Position numbers and translations under genes: made by a program | Part shown: positions 50,274 through 60,458 of the stretch, piece after piece | How the letters are laid out: every line of letters begins with the position of its first letter | Position numbering within the stretch: position 1 is the first letter of the stretch | The notes under the pieces: model-generated | The model's input: the letters and a program-made list of their open reading frames with translations, nothing else | Database searches by the model: none | What the model was told of the DNA's origin: nothing | Source of the DNA: Candidatus Marinacidobacterales bacterium | GTDB lineage: Bacteria; Acidobacteriota; Vicinamibacteria; Marinacidobacterales; DATDRI01 | Assembly (NCBI GenBank): GCA_965219415.1 | Contig: CBDCNP010000002.1 | Coordinates: forward strand, 1,280,001 to 1,344,000 | Direction: 5' to 3' | Length of the DNA: 64,000 bases

Positions 50274-51719
50274 CTAACCTACGCTCCCTTCCAAACTGAC
50301 GCCGAGGAGCTTTTGCGCCTCGACCGCGAATTCCATGGGGAGCTCACGCAGAACCTGTTTGCAGAACCCGTTGACGATCATCGTCATCGCATCTTCGGTA
50401 GAGATGCCCCGCTGATTACAGTAGAAGAGTTGATCCTCTCCGATCTTCGATGTGGTGGCCTCGTGCTCCATTTGCGCGGTGGGGTTCCTGACCTCGATAT
50501 AGGGGAACGTGTGAGCGCCACATTTACCCCCGATCAAAAGCGAGTCACACTGCGAGAAATTCCGCGCCCCGACCGCGGTCTTCTGGATTTTCACCTGCCC
50601 GCGGTAGGTGTTTTGTCCGTGACCGGCGGAGATCCCCTTGGAGATGATAGTACTGCGCGTGTTCCTGCCGATATGGATCATCTTGGTCCCGGTGTCCGCC
50701 TGCTGGTAGTTGTTGGCCAGGGCCACCGAGTAGAACTCGCCCACCGAGTTCTCGCCCTGGAGAATGCAACTAGGATATTTCCAAGTAATAGCCGAACCGG
50801 TCTCTACCTGGGTCCAGGAGATCTTGGAATTGACGCCTGCGCATTTCCCGCGCTTGGTCACGAAATTGTAAATCCCACCCTTGCCCTCTTTGTCACCCGG
50901 GTACCAGTTCTGGATCGTCGAGTACTTGATCTCGGCGCTGTCGAGGGCCACCAACTCGACCACTGCGGCGTGAAGCTGATTCTCATCCCGCATCGGTGCA
51001 GTACACCCTTCGAGATAGCTCACATAGCTACCTTCTTCGGCAACGATAAGCGTCCGCTCGAACTGACCGGTGGCAGAGGCATTGATTCGAAAGTAGGTGG
51101 AAAGCTCCATGGGAGAACGAACGCCCTTGGGAACGTACACGAACGAGCCGTCGGTAAAGACCGCCGAGTTCAGAGTGGCGAAGAAGTTATCGGTGTAAGG
51201 CACCACCGAGCCTAGGTATTTCCGAACTAAATCCGGATGTTCCTTCACCGCCTCCGAGAAGCTGGAGAAGATGATCCCGAGCTCGGAAAGCTTCTCCTTG
51301 AAGGTCGTGGCCACGGAGACGCTGTCGAACACCGCATCCACCGCCACGCCCGACAACCGCTCTTGCTCTTGAAGTGAGATGCCTAGCTTGGCATAGGTTT
51401 CGAGGAGCTGGGGGTCGACTTCATCGAGACTCTTGGGCGCCTCCTTCTGCTTCGGAGCCGAGTAATAAATGATGTCCTGATAGTTGATTGGTGGGTAGTG
51501 AACGTTCGGCCACGTCGGCTCGACCATTTTGAGCCAGTGCCGGTAGGCCTTGAGCCGCCACTCCAGCAGCCACGCCGGTTCCTCCTTCTTTGCCGAGATC
51601 ACCCGGATGACATCTTCATTCAACCCAGGTGGAACCGCATCCGTTTCGATGTCGGTAACGAACCCATACTTGTACTCTTTGTTGACGAGTTCTTCGATGT
51701 TGCTGGACGGGTTGCTCAT
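50274..51719 (-). CDS. sufB: Fe-S cluster assembly protein SufB
   Basis: [22 protein letters not shown] and TWKYPS motifs. Confidence 0.96.
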   Translation of the reverse strand: MSNPSSNIEELVNKEYKYGFVTDIETDAVPPGLNEDVIRVISAKKEEPAWLLEWRLKAYRHWLKMVEPTWPNVHYPPINYQDIIYYSAPKQKEAPKSLDEVDPQLLETYAKLGISLQEQERLSGVAVDAVFDSVSVATTFKEKLSELGIIFSSFSEAVKEHPDLVRKYLGSVVPYTDNFFATLNSAVFTDGSFVYVPKGVRSPMELSTYFRINASATGQFERTLIVAEEGSYVSYLEGCTAPMRDENQLHAAVVELVALDSAEIKYSTIQNWYPGDKEGKGGIYNFVTKRGKCAGVNSKISWTQVETGSAITWKYPSCILQGENSVGEFYSVALANNYQQADTGTKMIHIGRNTRSTIISKGISAGHGQNTYRGQVKIQKTAVGARNFSQCDSLLIGGKCGAHTFPYIEVRNPTAQMEHEATTSKIGEDQLFYCNQRGISTEDAMTMIVNGFCKQVLRELPMEFAVEAQKLLGVSLEGSVG

Positions 51720-51772
51720 CTATTCTCCTCTTGTCGAGCTCTTCTGAACCGATCCACTTCGGTCTGAATTTT

Positions 51773-52237
51773 TTACTGGAGGACCGGCAGCTCCCTTGTA
51801 TTTTCAGGATTGCCGGCTCGAGGAATCTCGGACTCTTGCTCGACCATCTGTGCAATGGTTAGAGTGGACAACATCCCGACCACGCGGTCGTGGAGTCTTT
51901 GCAGAGGGCTCTTTACATTACAGGTCTCGAACTGCAGACAGTTCCCGTCGGCGGAGGAACATTCGGTCAGGGACAACATTCCGTCGATCGCCTGGACGAC
52001 CTCTGCGACGCTGATCTGGCTCGCGGGTCGTGCGAGTGTATAGCCGCCCTTCTTGCCGTGCTGGGATGCGACGAAGCCTTCTTGCGCAAGTCTCTGAAGC
52101 ACCTTCGCCAGAAGGCCCCCCGGGATATCGTAGGCTTCCGCCATCTGCCGGGCGCTCCAGGACGAGGCATCGTTATATCGAGCCAGATGCATGAGTGCCA
52201 TCAGCCCGTAGTCCACTTTCTTGGAGAGTCTAAGCAT
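51773..52237 (-). CDS. Rrf2-family (IscR-like) regulator of the suf operon
   Basis: MLRLSKKVDYGL start, GKKGGY wing and three Cys (TECSSADGNCLQFETC). Confidence 0.9.
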   Translation of the reverse strand: MLRLSKKVDYGLMALMHLARYNDASSWSARQMAEAYDIPGGLLAKVLQRLAQEGFVASQHGKKGGYTLARPASQISVAEVVQAIDGMLSLTECSSADGNCLQFETCNVKSPLQRLHDRVVGMLSTLTIAQMVEQESEIPRAGNPENTRELPVLQ

Positions 52238-52242
52238 ATTCC

Positions 52243-52269
52243 TATATCCGACCAATTTGGTCGGATATA
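52243..52269. promoter_or_regulatory. Rrf2/IscR-type operator, perfect 13-1-13 palindrome
   Basis: TATATCCGACCAA-T-TTGGTCGGATATA between the -10 box and the regulator start codon; resembles IscR type-1 sites. Confidence 0.85.
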
Positions 52270-52298
52270 TCATAGTCTAGAAGGTCGCCGAATGTCAA
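52269..52298 (-). promoter_or_regulatory. Sigma70-type promoter of the suf operon
   Basis: Minus strand reads TTGACA-N18-TATGAT. Confidence 0.72.
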
Positions 52299-52330
52299 AG
52301 TATTAAATCGAGCCGGGGCAAGCCGCTGAA

Positions 52331-52952
52331 CTAGTTTATTTGCAATAACTTGAGGCTCTGCAACCCCGCCGGACACCGGCTTCGGATCGAAGAACTTCGG
52401 AAGCGGCATCGTTCAGGGCGCCGAAACGTCGCGTTGCCGGGAATCAACGGAGCCAGGCGCCGGTTTCGCGACCGCCGCTCGCTCCCCCAAATGGCGAACG
52501 TAGGCCATGAGTGGCTCGTAGTGCTCGTCTTGGATGACGCCACGTCTTCATATCCGACATGTGGGGCAGCTTCACCATATACGGCGGGATGTAAGTACCG
52601 TCTCGAGTGATCCCGGTTCGAAGAAGGTAGGCGAGCTCGCCGTCGGACCAGCTACCGATGCCCTTTTGAGGATGTCGGGTGATGTTATTGGAATAGATCG
52701 GGCCGAATTCCGGTGGGGCGTCGGACATGTGCCTACCCGTGACCTTCATGGTCACTGGATCCATGTGGCAGCCGAGGCAGATCGCGGAGGCGAGGACCTT
52801 ACCTCTGGCGATTCGTTCAGGAGTCGAATCGATTTCGAGCGCGATCGCGGCGGGTCGAAGGTTGGTGGATGACCGAAGTGAACGACAGCCGCTAGTCCGG
52901 CCACGAAGACGAACGTAGCCAGTCGGCCAATCCACCTCAGCGCGGTTCTCAT
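52331..52952 (-). pseudogene. Frameshifted, truncated c-type cytochrome
   Basis: Membrane anchor MRTALRWIGRLATF... lies in one frame. RGKVLASAICLGCH (CxxCH)...NIT...GIGSWSDGEL lies in another. A second break occurs near 52545. Confidence 0.75.
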
Positions 52953-52982
52953 ATTCGCGCTTCAGTACTTCCGCGACTGCGG

Positions 52983-55481
52983 TCACCGAAGACTATTGGC
53001 GACGCCTTTCACGGTCTCCGCGAGCGACTCGAGTCGAGCCTTGTCGCGTTCCATCGCCTCGTTGCGATCACGCTCGAGCTCGGTTGCGAACGTGTCTAGC
53101 TCACCCGAAGTTCGACCGCCGTCTGCCGTGCCGCCGGCGAGGATCTGCTCGGCACGGTCGAGCGCTTCCGTCAACGCCTCTGCCCTTTCGGCCGTGATCG
53201 CGTGGCTTCGCCCAAGCTGGTCCAGGTACGCCCGCGCCACAACGGGGCTCGCCGGCCAGTCGATCCGCCGCTGCTGTTGCGCGTTGACGACGTCCGGGGC
53301 GACCAGTAACGCAGCGCCGAGCTCGTTCTGCGAGAGGTACTCACTCGGCAAGAGTCTCAGCACGTCGAGGCCGCGGGCGATCTCCGTACCGTAGATGAAG
53401 CCGTTGTACCAGTACGCCGACCAATGGCCCGCCATGATGAGCTTGTTGGCATCGACCGGGCCGCGGTCGAAGAACGCGATCTCAACCGGTCTCGAGGAAT
53501 CAGTGAAATCGAAGACGGAGACGCCGCCTTGATACCAGGCCTGAACCATGATGTCGCGCCCCGGGACGGGCACGAGAGATCCGTTGTGGGCCACGCAGTT
53601 CTCCTCTTCGGTCTGTGGGGCCGGCAACTTGAAGTAGCTTCGGAACTCCATTTTGCGATCGACGATGTCGAAAATCGCATTCGCTCCCCACTGCTTGGGA
53701 TCGGATGCTCGACAGCGGGGACGCATCCCCCCGCCCCATTCGTCCGTGAAAATCACTTTGGTACCGTCGTTATTGAACGTGGCGGAGTGCCAATAGGCGA
53801 AGCTCGGGTCGACCACTTGGTCGAGCCGGACCGGATTCACCGGATCGGAGATATCGAGGAGGATGCCGTTTCCAGAGCACGCCCCCGCTGCCAAGCCCAT
53901 CTCAGGAAACACGGTGATGTCGTGGCACTGGTTGGTCTCGGAAGTCTTCTGCGTGCCCGGCCCATGGTCGCCTCCCTTCCACAAACCGGCGATCACGCCA
54001 GAATTGGGATCCGCAAAGATGCGCGGGCGGCCTACGATCCGCGCCTCCTCCGGTTTCGCCAATGGAATTTGGATGACGTCGATGCTGAATAGAGCGGTGT
54101 TCTCATCCGCGCCCGGACCCGCGTCCGAGCACCCCGCGAGCTCTTCTCCAGAGCGCACCGAGCCCGTGCCGGAACCAAAGACATAGACGTTGCCCTCGTC
54201 ATCGGGGTCGGTCACCACGGTGTGCGTGTGCGAGCCTCGGCACGTTTGGACTGCGGCCACCTGCTTCGGGATCCGCACGTCGCTGATATCGAAGATCCGG
54301 ATCCCACGGAAACGCGCGTCGCTCACCGGCTCCGCCACTCCCTGAAGACCACAGTCGAGCCGGCCCCTTGTCTGCTCCACCGACATCATTAGCAAGTTGC
54401 CGATGATGGACACATCGCCCTGACCACCCGGGCACACCACGGAGCCAAGAAGCCGTGGCACCATCGGATCCTCGACGTTGTACGTATTGAAACCGTGGAA
54501 ATTACCCTCGAACACAACGTCTCCAGCGAAAGCGAGGTCCGAGTTCGCGAAGTTCAAGAGTCCGGCCCTTGGCGATGGCGGAGAGGGTCCATTCTCCTCT
54601 GCCTCGTCGTCCGTCTCGCCCTCTTTCTCTTCACCCTCCTCCTTCGACTCAGCGAGCGCTTCAGGCTCTTCTTCCGCAGCATCGCGCTCGGGCGGCACGG
54701 GTAGACCCACTGGCGCGTGGGGATCGAAGAAGCCCTCCGGTTTCGGAAGCGTTGCCACCAGCTCCAGGTTGAGCGCCGCTTCACCGGCATCACGAAAGCC
54801 GGCCTTGAGATGGACTCGAGGATCCGAGGAGAGCTCCGCGAGCATGCCCCCCATGCGATCGATCTCCATGCTCTGGTCGGCGATGATGTCGGAAGTGAAC
54901 CCGTAGATGGCCGAATCCTGTGCCGCGCCCTGGTGGGCGAGGAGGTTCTCGACCATGATCAAAGCGCCCTGGTGATGCATGATCATGAGCTCGAGGAACA
55001 GCCGGTCGAATTCAATCGCTCGAGACTGCTCGAGACTGCCCATCTCCTCGGCGGTCAGCATACCCGGCATCAGGACAGCATCATGGGCGTGATGAGCGTT
55101 CACGGCGGTGACCTCCTGGCTGTGTGAACGAAGCCATTCCTGCATCATCTTAATCTCGTCCTCTTGAGAGAGCTCGATGCGTTTCGCGAGCGTGTGTATG
55201 ACCTCACGCTCACTCCGCGACGCGAGGAGCTCGGTCATCTCGAGCGCCTGGGCGTGGTGGGAGATCATCCCTTGCATAAACTTCACGTCGGCCTCGGTAA
55301 ACCGGATGCCAGCGAGATTCGAGGCTTCCTCCGCGGAGATCGTCCGACTGGACTCGCCTGGAGCGCCCGGCTGGACGATTAGGGGCTCGTTCTGGCCCTT
55401 CGCCGTGCCGAACGATAGAAACGTCGCTATGAAGATGATAGTCGCGGCAAACAGCCGGAACCTAGGTTTCTCTCGACTCAT
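52983..55481 (-). CDS. Secreted DUF305 + LVIVD-repeat protein
   Basis: DVKFMQGMISHHAQA and MIMHHQGA (DUF305); NSDLAF, CPGGQGDVS, CRGSHTH, CHDIT and YWHSATF propeller motifs. Confidence 0.85.
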   Translation of the reverse strand: MSREKPRFRLFAATIIFIATFLSFGTAKGQNEPLIVQPGAPGESSRTISAEEASNLAGIRFTEADVKFMQGMISHHAQALEMTELLASRSEREVIHTLAKRIELSQEDEIKMMQEWLRSHSQEVTAVNAHHAHDAVLMPGMLTAEEMGSLEQSRAIEFDRLFLELMIMHHQGALIMVENLLAHQGAAQDSAIYGFTSDIIADQSMEIDRMGGMLAELSSDPRVHLKAGFRDAGEAALNLELVATLPKPEGFFDPHAPVGLPVPPERDAAEEEPEALAESKEEGEEKEGETDDEAEENGPSPPSPRAGLLNFANSDLAFAGDVVFEGNFHGFNTYNVEDPMVPRLLGSVVCPGGQGDVSIIGNLLMMSVEQTRGRLDCGLQGVAEPVSDARFRGIRIFDISDVRIPKQVAAVQTCRGSHTHTVVTDPDDEGNVYVFGSGTGSVRSGEELAGCSDAGPGADENTALFSIDVIQIPLAKPEEARIVGRPRIFADPNSGVIAGLWKGGDHGPGTQKTSETNQCHDITVFPEMGLAAGACSGNGILLDISDPVNPVRLDQVVDPSFAYWHSATFNNDGTKVIFTDEWGGGMRPRCRASDPKQWGANAIFDIVDRKMEFRSYFKLPAPQTEEENCVAHNGSLVPVPGRDIMVQAWYQGGVSVFDFTDSSRPVEIAFFDRGPVDANKLIMAGHWSAYWYNGFIYGTEIARGLDVLRLLPSEYLSQNELGAALLVAPDVVNAQQQRRIDWPASPVVARAYLDQLGRSHAITAERAEALTEALDRAEQILAGGTADGGRTSGELDTFATELERDRNEAMERDKARLESLAETVKGVANSLR

Positions 55482-55871
55482 TTAGTGGCCTCCACTCGAT
55501 TTGCTAGCCTATAGCGGCGGGTATTCTCTCACTAAACGGTCCTTTGGTGGTGGAAATTGCGCCGTCCCGATCCCGGAGGACGCGCTCGGAAGCCCACCAT
55601 TTGCACGCCGTCCCTATTTGCCCGCAGGTGGCACCCTCGCATTTTGGCGCCAGGACTCGCTCTCAACCCTCTGGCACGCCGATGACCGCTTCGCGTCCCC
55701 ATACTCGCTTTTATACATTGTGATAGTATAGGGGGCACCAACCAGACTTAGTGGGGACCTCTCGTTCACACCCGGTCAATTCGGCCGGCACGATCCCGTC
55801 GCCTCCTCTGAGCCCAATCGAGGAGTGACAATGTCTACGGGCCCCACTCTCCACGTCGGCGAACGCATCCG

Positions 55872-57032
55872 TTGCCGATCATAACCGTGCCCCCCCGGAA
55901 CGAAGCGGCGATGTCCGCGCAAACACGATCCAGCGGTGAACACCGGCGAGTCCCAACCGCAATCATCTATTGCGAAGCGAACTTCGGCGCCATCGACGGC
56001 AAGACCGCCAACGGGCTCGTCCGACGCTCGGAGATCTACAAGATCCTCTCGGTCATCGACAGCGAGAAGGCCGGCCTAGATGCCGGCGTGGTGCTCGACG
56101 AGGCGCCGGCCGGCATCCCCATCTGTCGCGACTTCGCCGACGCGCTCGCGCACGCCGGAGATGTACCCGACTACTTCATCCTCGGGTTGGCGCCGGCGAG
56201 TGGCATGTTGTCAACGTACGAGCGCGGCATCGTCCTCGAAGCTTTGGGTCTCGGGATGAACGTTGTGAACGGCCTCCATGAGTTCTTGAACGACGACCCG
56301 GAGTTCGTAGCGGCGAGCGCAGCGAGTAACACAGAGATCCTCGACGTCCGAAGACCCCGTGCCAAGAAGAACCTGCGGTCGTTCAGCGATCGCATCACCC
56401 AGGTCACCTGCCCGCGAATCGCCGTGCTCGGCACCGACTGCGCCATCGGCAAACGCACCACCGCTAACATCCTGACCTGCGCCCTCAACGATCGCGGCGT
56501 GAAAGCGGTCATCGTCTACACCGGCCAGACCGGCTTGATGCAAGGAGCCCGCTACGGCGTTGCGCTCGATGCCGTGCCGTCGCAGTTTTGCTCGGGTGAG
56601 TTGGAAGCCACCATCCTCGAAGCGTTCGAAGCCGAGAAACCCGACGTGATCATCATTGAAGGCCAAGGCGCACTGAGTCACCCCGCCTACTCGACCTCGT
56701 CCTTGGTGCTCCGAGGCAGCCGCCCCGACGCCGTCGTGCTGCAGCACGCACCGGAACGGGCCCATCGCTGCGACTTCGAACAGATGGTGATGCCGACGGC
56801 GGCCACCGAGATCAACCTCATCCAGACCTTCTCCGACACGAAGGTCATCGGCCTCACAATCAACCACGAGAACATGACCGAGGCGGAGGTCGACGCGGCC
56901 ATCACGCTGTATGAGCGCAAACTCGGCATCCCCGCCACCGATGCGCTGACCCGCTCACCCGAGCGCCTGGTGGAGATGGTCCTTGCGGCGTTCCCGGAGC
57001 TCGAGGAGAAACTGAGCGACAGCGCACGGTGA
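55872..57032 (+). CDS. DUF1611 family protein (P-loop; DgcN-like)
   Basis: GKTANGL, NGLHEFL, GTDCAIGKRTT, TGQTG and EGQGALSHPAY motifs. Start uncertain (TTG 55872 or ATG 55911). Confidence 0.85.
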   Translation: MPIITVPPRNEAAMSAQTRSSGEHRRVPTAIIYCEANFGAIDGKTANGLVRRSEIYKILSVIDSEKAGLDAGVVLDEAPAGIPICRDFADALAHAGDVPDYFILGLAPASGMLSTYERGIVLEALGLGMNVVNGLHEFLNDDPEFVAASAASNTEILDVRRPRAKKNLRSFSDRITQVTCPRIAVLGTDCAIGKRTTANILTCALNDRGVKAVIVYTGQTGLMQGARYGVALDAVPSQFCSGELEATILEAFEAEKPDVIIIEGQGALSHPAYSTSSLVLRGSRPDAVVLQHAPERAHRCDFEQMVMPTAATEINLIQTFSDTKVIGLTINHENMTEAEVDAAITLYERKLGIPATDALTRSPERLVEMVLAAFPELEEKLSDSAR

Positions 57033-58111
57033 CCGCGCCGCGACTGGAGATCGACCTCGACAAGATCCACCACAACGCCCGAACACTGGTCGAATTGTTG
57101 GCCCAGCGTGGTATCTCGGTCACAGGCGTCACGAAGGCGATCCTCGGCTCACCCGAGATCGCCGGCGCCTTGCTCCGGGCGGGCGTGAGTGCGCTCGGCG
57201 ACTCACGCATCGAGAACATCGAAGCGATGCGTCATGCGTGCGTACCGGCGTCGATGACACTCATCCGCTCGCCGATGCTCAGCCAGGCGGAACAGGTCGT
57301 AACGCACGCCGACGTGAGCTTCAATACCGAGCTCGATGTCATCAGCAAGCTCTCGTCCGCCGCGCAGGCTGCGAGGCGGACGCATGGGATCGTGCTCATG
57401 GTCGAGCTTGGAGACCTCCGTGAAGGCATCATGCCCGGCGACCTCGAGAAAACCGTGCGCGAGACGCTTCGCTTCCCGAACATCGCGCTCAAAGGCATCG
57501 GCGCCAACCTCGCCTGCCAGAGCGGAGTGTCGCCCGACCCCAAGAATATGGCCGAGCTCTCTGCGCTGGCCGATTCGACCGACGCGACCTTCGGCCCGAC
57601 GCTCGGCATCGTCTCCGGGGGCAACTCCGGTAACCTCCAGTGGGCGCTCAGCGGCGCAGACACCGGGCGGATCAACAATCTCCGCTTGGGTGAATCGCTC
57701 TTGCTCGGACGCGAGCCACTCCATCGTCAACCGATCGACGGGCTGCGCACCGACGCTATCCAGCTCATCGCCGAAGTGATCGAGTCGAAGGTCAAACCAT
57801 CACAGCCTTGGGGCGAGATCGCACAAACCGCGTTTGGGGAGAAGCCACCCGCCACCGATCGGGGCCTCGTCTCGCAGACGATCCTCGCCGTTGGACGCCA
57901 GGACATTGATCCGTGCGGCCTCCGCCCGCCTCCCGGAATCGAGATTCTTGGGGCCAGCAGCGACCACCTCATCGCGGACTCCAGCCGATGCCCCCTGTCC
58001 GTCGGCGCCGAGGTCACGTTTCAACTCAACTACAGCGCGCTCGTCCGCGCTATGACCTCGCCCTTCGTCGCCAAGGTCGTGAAGGTCCAGAGCGGGCCCG
58101 TCCCCGTCTGA
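57029..58111 (+). CDS. Alanine/ornithine racemase family PLP-dependent enzyme
   Basis: GVTKA (PLP Lys), MVELGDLREG, SGGNSG, LRLGE and GASSDH motifs; GTGA-coupled to DUF1611. Confidence 0.88.
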   Translation: MTAPRLEIDLDKIHHNARTLVELLAQRGISVTGVTKAILGSPEIAGALLRAGVSALGDSRIENIEAMRHACVPASMTLIRSPMLSQAEQVVTHADVSFNTELDVISKLSSAAQAARRTHGIVLMVELGDLREGIMPGDLEKTVRETLRFPNIALKGIGANLACQSGVSPDPKNMAELSALADSTDATFGPTLGIVSGGNSGNLQWALSGADTGRINNLRLGESLLLGREPLHRQPIDGLRTDAIQLIAEVIESKVKPSQPWGEIAQTAFGEKPPATDRGLVSQTILAVGRQDIDPCGLRPPPGIEILGASSDHLIADSSRCPLSVGAEVTFQLNYSALVRAMTSPFVAKVVKVQSGPVPV

Positions 58112-58192
58112 CGGACGAGCTACAGATTTTCGCGTCTTGGGGTTTGGGCCCCGCTGATTTTTTTGGGAGTCTCTATCGGGCGCGACTCCCAA

Positions 58193-59635
58193 TCAGCAGC
58201 CCCGTAACCAACAGCGGCCGTCTTTAGCGAGAAGCTCATCCGCCTCGGTGGGCCCCCCGCTCCCGTGCTCGTACTTGGCGAGGGAAGGTTTTCCCGACTT
58301 CTCCCATTCCTGAAGGATTGGATCGATGAGTTTCCACGAGATCTCGATGGCGTCGCTCCTCGTGAACAGCGAAGCGTCGCCTTGTAACGCGTCGAGCAAC
58401 AAACGCTCGTAGGCTTCGGGAATGGAGTCTTTACCGAAGTCGTCGGCGTAGTGGAATTCCATGTCGACGGCCCGCATTTCTGCGACGGTGTCGGGTACCT
58501 TGGCTTCGAAACGCAAGTGCATGCCCTCGTCGGGTTGAATAAAGAGCGCCAGGTAGTTGGGGCGGATGGAAGAACCCGGCTCCATGTGAAACATGTTGTG
58601 CGGTGGCTGGCGAAACTGGATGATGATCTCCGAAGTCTTCGTGGTCAGCGCCTTGCCAGAACGTAGGTAAAACGGAACTCCCTGCCAGCGCCAATTGTCG
58701 ATGAAGAACCGCATCGCCGCGTATGTCGGGGTTTGAGACTCGGATGCGACTCCCTCGGCATCGCCGTAGCCGCGATATTGCGCGCGGACCGTTTCGTGGG
58801 CAACTTCGGCGCCTTGAACGGGACGGATCGCGGAGAGAACCTTGGCTTTTTCGTTCCGCACTTCGTCGGCGCGGAACGACGCCGGCGGTTCCATCGTCAC
58901 GAGCGTCAGCAACTGGAGCAGATGGTTCTGGAACATGTCTCGAACGACACCGGTTGCATCGTAAAAGGCTGCCCGGTGCTCCACATCCACGCTCTCGGCG
59001 ACCGTCAGCTGGACATGATCGACGTAGTTTCGGTTCCAGATCGGCTCGAAAACCGTGTTCGCGAAGCGAAAGAAAAGTATGTTCTGGGAAGTTTCTTTAC
59101 CTAGATAGTGGTCGATGCGGAAGATTTGGTGCTCTTCGAAAACGGCGTGAAGCGCGCGGTTGAGTGACTGGGCGGAAGCGAGATCGTGACCGAACGGCTT
59201 TTCCACGATGATGCGGCGCCATCCTTGTTCTTCGCGAGCCATACCGGATGAGCCCAATTGATCCACCAACGGCTCGTAGAACTGCGGGGCGATCGACAGA
59301 TAGTAGAGGCGATTGCAATGCTTGCTCTCCCCTTCGCGAAGAAACCCGTCCAATCCCGCCAGCGGCTCGTTGACGTTGCCGCGCACGTACCAGAGACTCG
59401 GAGAGAACTCGTTCCAGGCGGATTCATCGTACCCATCGGGCGTAAATTCCTTGACCGCCGCCTGCATGAGCTCCCTGAACTTCTCATGAGAGTAATCGCG
59501 CCGTGCGAAGCCCACGATGCGCAGGTTCTTCGGGAGACGTCCCTTGCGAAACTGGTTGTAGAGCGCCGGCACGAGCTTGCGTCGCGTCAGATCGCCCGAA
59601 GCACCAAAAATGACGATACTCGTCGATTCCGCCAT
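58193..59635 (-). CDS. zwf: Glucose-6-phosphate 1-dehydrogenase
   Basis: GASGDLT, EKPFG, RIDHYLGKE and RWQGVPFYLRSGK motifs. Confidence 0.97.
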   Translation of the reverse strand: MAESTSIVIFGASGDLTRRKLVPALYNQFRKGRLPKNLRIVGFARRDYSHEKFRELMQAAVKEFTPDGYDESAWNEFSPSLWYVRGNVNEPLAGLDGFLREGESKHCNRLYYLSIAPQFYEPLVDQLGSSGMAREEQGWRRIIVEKPFGHDLASAQSLNRALHAVFEEHQIFRIDHYLGKETSQNILFFRFANTVFEPIWNRNYVDHVQLTVAESVDVEHRAAFYDATGVVRDMFQNHLLQLLTLVTMEPPASFRADEVRNEKAKVLSAIRPVQGAEVAHETVRAQYRGYGDAEGVASESQTPTYAAMRFFIDNWRWQGVPFYLRSGKALTTKTSEIIIQFRQPPHNMFHMEPGSSIRPNYLALFIQPDEGMHLRFEAKVPDTVAEMRAVDMEFHYADDFGKDSIPEAYERLLLDALQGDASLFTRSDAIEISWKLIDPILQEWEKSGKPSLAKYEHGSGGPTEADELLAKDGRCWLRGC

Positions 59636-59649
59636 TCAGACTTCCTCTG

Positions 59650-60405
59650 TTAGCCCGGTGACAGATGCGCCTTGATACATTCCCTTAGGATCTCAGGTAG
59701 TTTGCTCGGCTCGTCCACGACGAACCGGCTATCCAGTATGTCGCGTTCCCTGAAAGCCTGTCGCGTAAATGGCGTGGTCACGGCGATGACGCCCATCCCC
59801 GCGGACTTAGCCGCTTGCACACCGGCGGGAGAATCCTCGATGACCAGGCATTCGCCGGGAAGAACCTGGAGCTCACGGGCTACTAAAAAATAGATCTCCG
59901 GATGCGGTTTAGGATGCTCGACGTCGTCCCGAGTGGCCACGAAGTCGAACTCTTTCGTGAGGTTCAAGACCCGGAGAACGCGTCGTACCTGTGCGCAATG
60001 GGACATAGTCGCCAGACCGGTGCGGCACTTGCTTTTCCGCGCATCATGGAGGAGATCCAAGTTGTGAGGCCATTGGTGGTCTACCAAGACCTGCGGATCG
60101 GCCAACAACTTGTCGTAGATTCGGAGGCGCACTTGAGCGAACGCCTGCCAGGGTGTGGTCACGCCGAACTCATTCATCAGAGAGCCGGCTGCTTTTTCTA
60201 ATTCGAATCGGTCGACCAAAAACTGGGACACCTCTTGTCGAGAGCTTCCGACGACCTCCTTGAAGGCCTCGATGACCTCTCCCTCATTGATGCTCCGGGG
60301 GCAGAGGTCGACGGCCGCTCGCGCGTAAGAGATCGCCTTGAGCTTCTCCGTTTGCACAAGCGTCCCATCAAGATCGAAAATAACCGCTTGATACATCCTG
60401 CTCAT
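59650..60405 (-). CDS. HAD-superfamily phosphatase
   Basis: FDLDGTL, KPHPEIY and IEDSPAG motifs. Confidence 0.9.
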   Translation of the reverse strand: MSRMYQAVIFDLDGTLVQTEKLKAISYARAAVDLCPRSINEGEVIEAFKEVVGSSRQEVSQFLVDRFELEKAAGSLMNEFGVTTPWQAFAQVRLRIYDKLLADPQVLVDHQWPHNLDLLHDARKSKCRTGLATMSHCAQVRRVLRVLNLTKEFDFVATRDDVEHPKPHPEIYFLVARELQVLPGECLVIEDSPAGVQAAKSAGMGVIAVTTPFTRQAFRERDILDSRFVVDEPSKLPEILRECIKAHLSPG

Positions 60406-60458
60406 CGCTCGCTGAAGAGGCTAGCACAGGAGTGTCCCTGCTCAAAAGGAATATAGAT

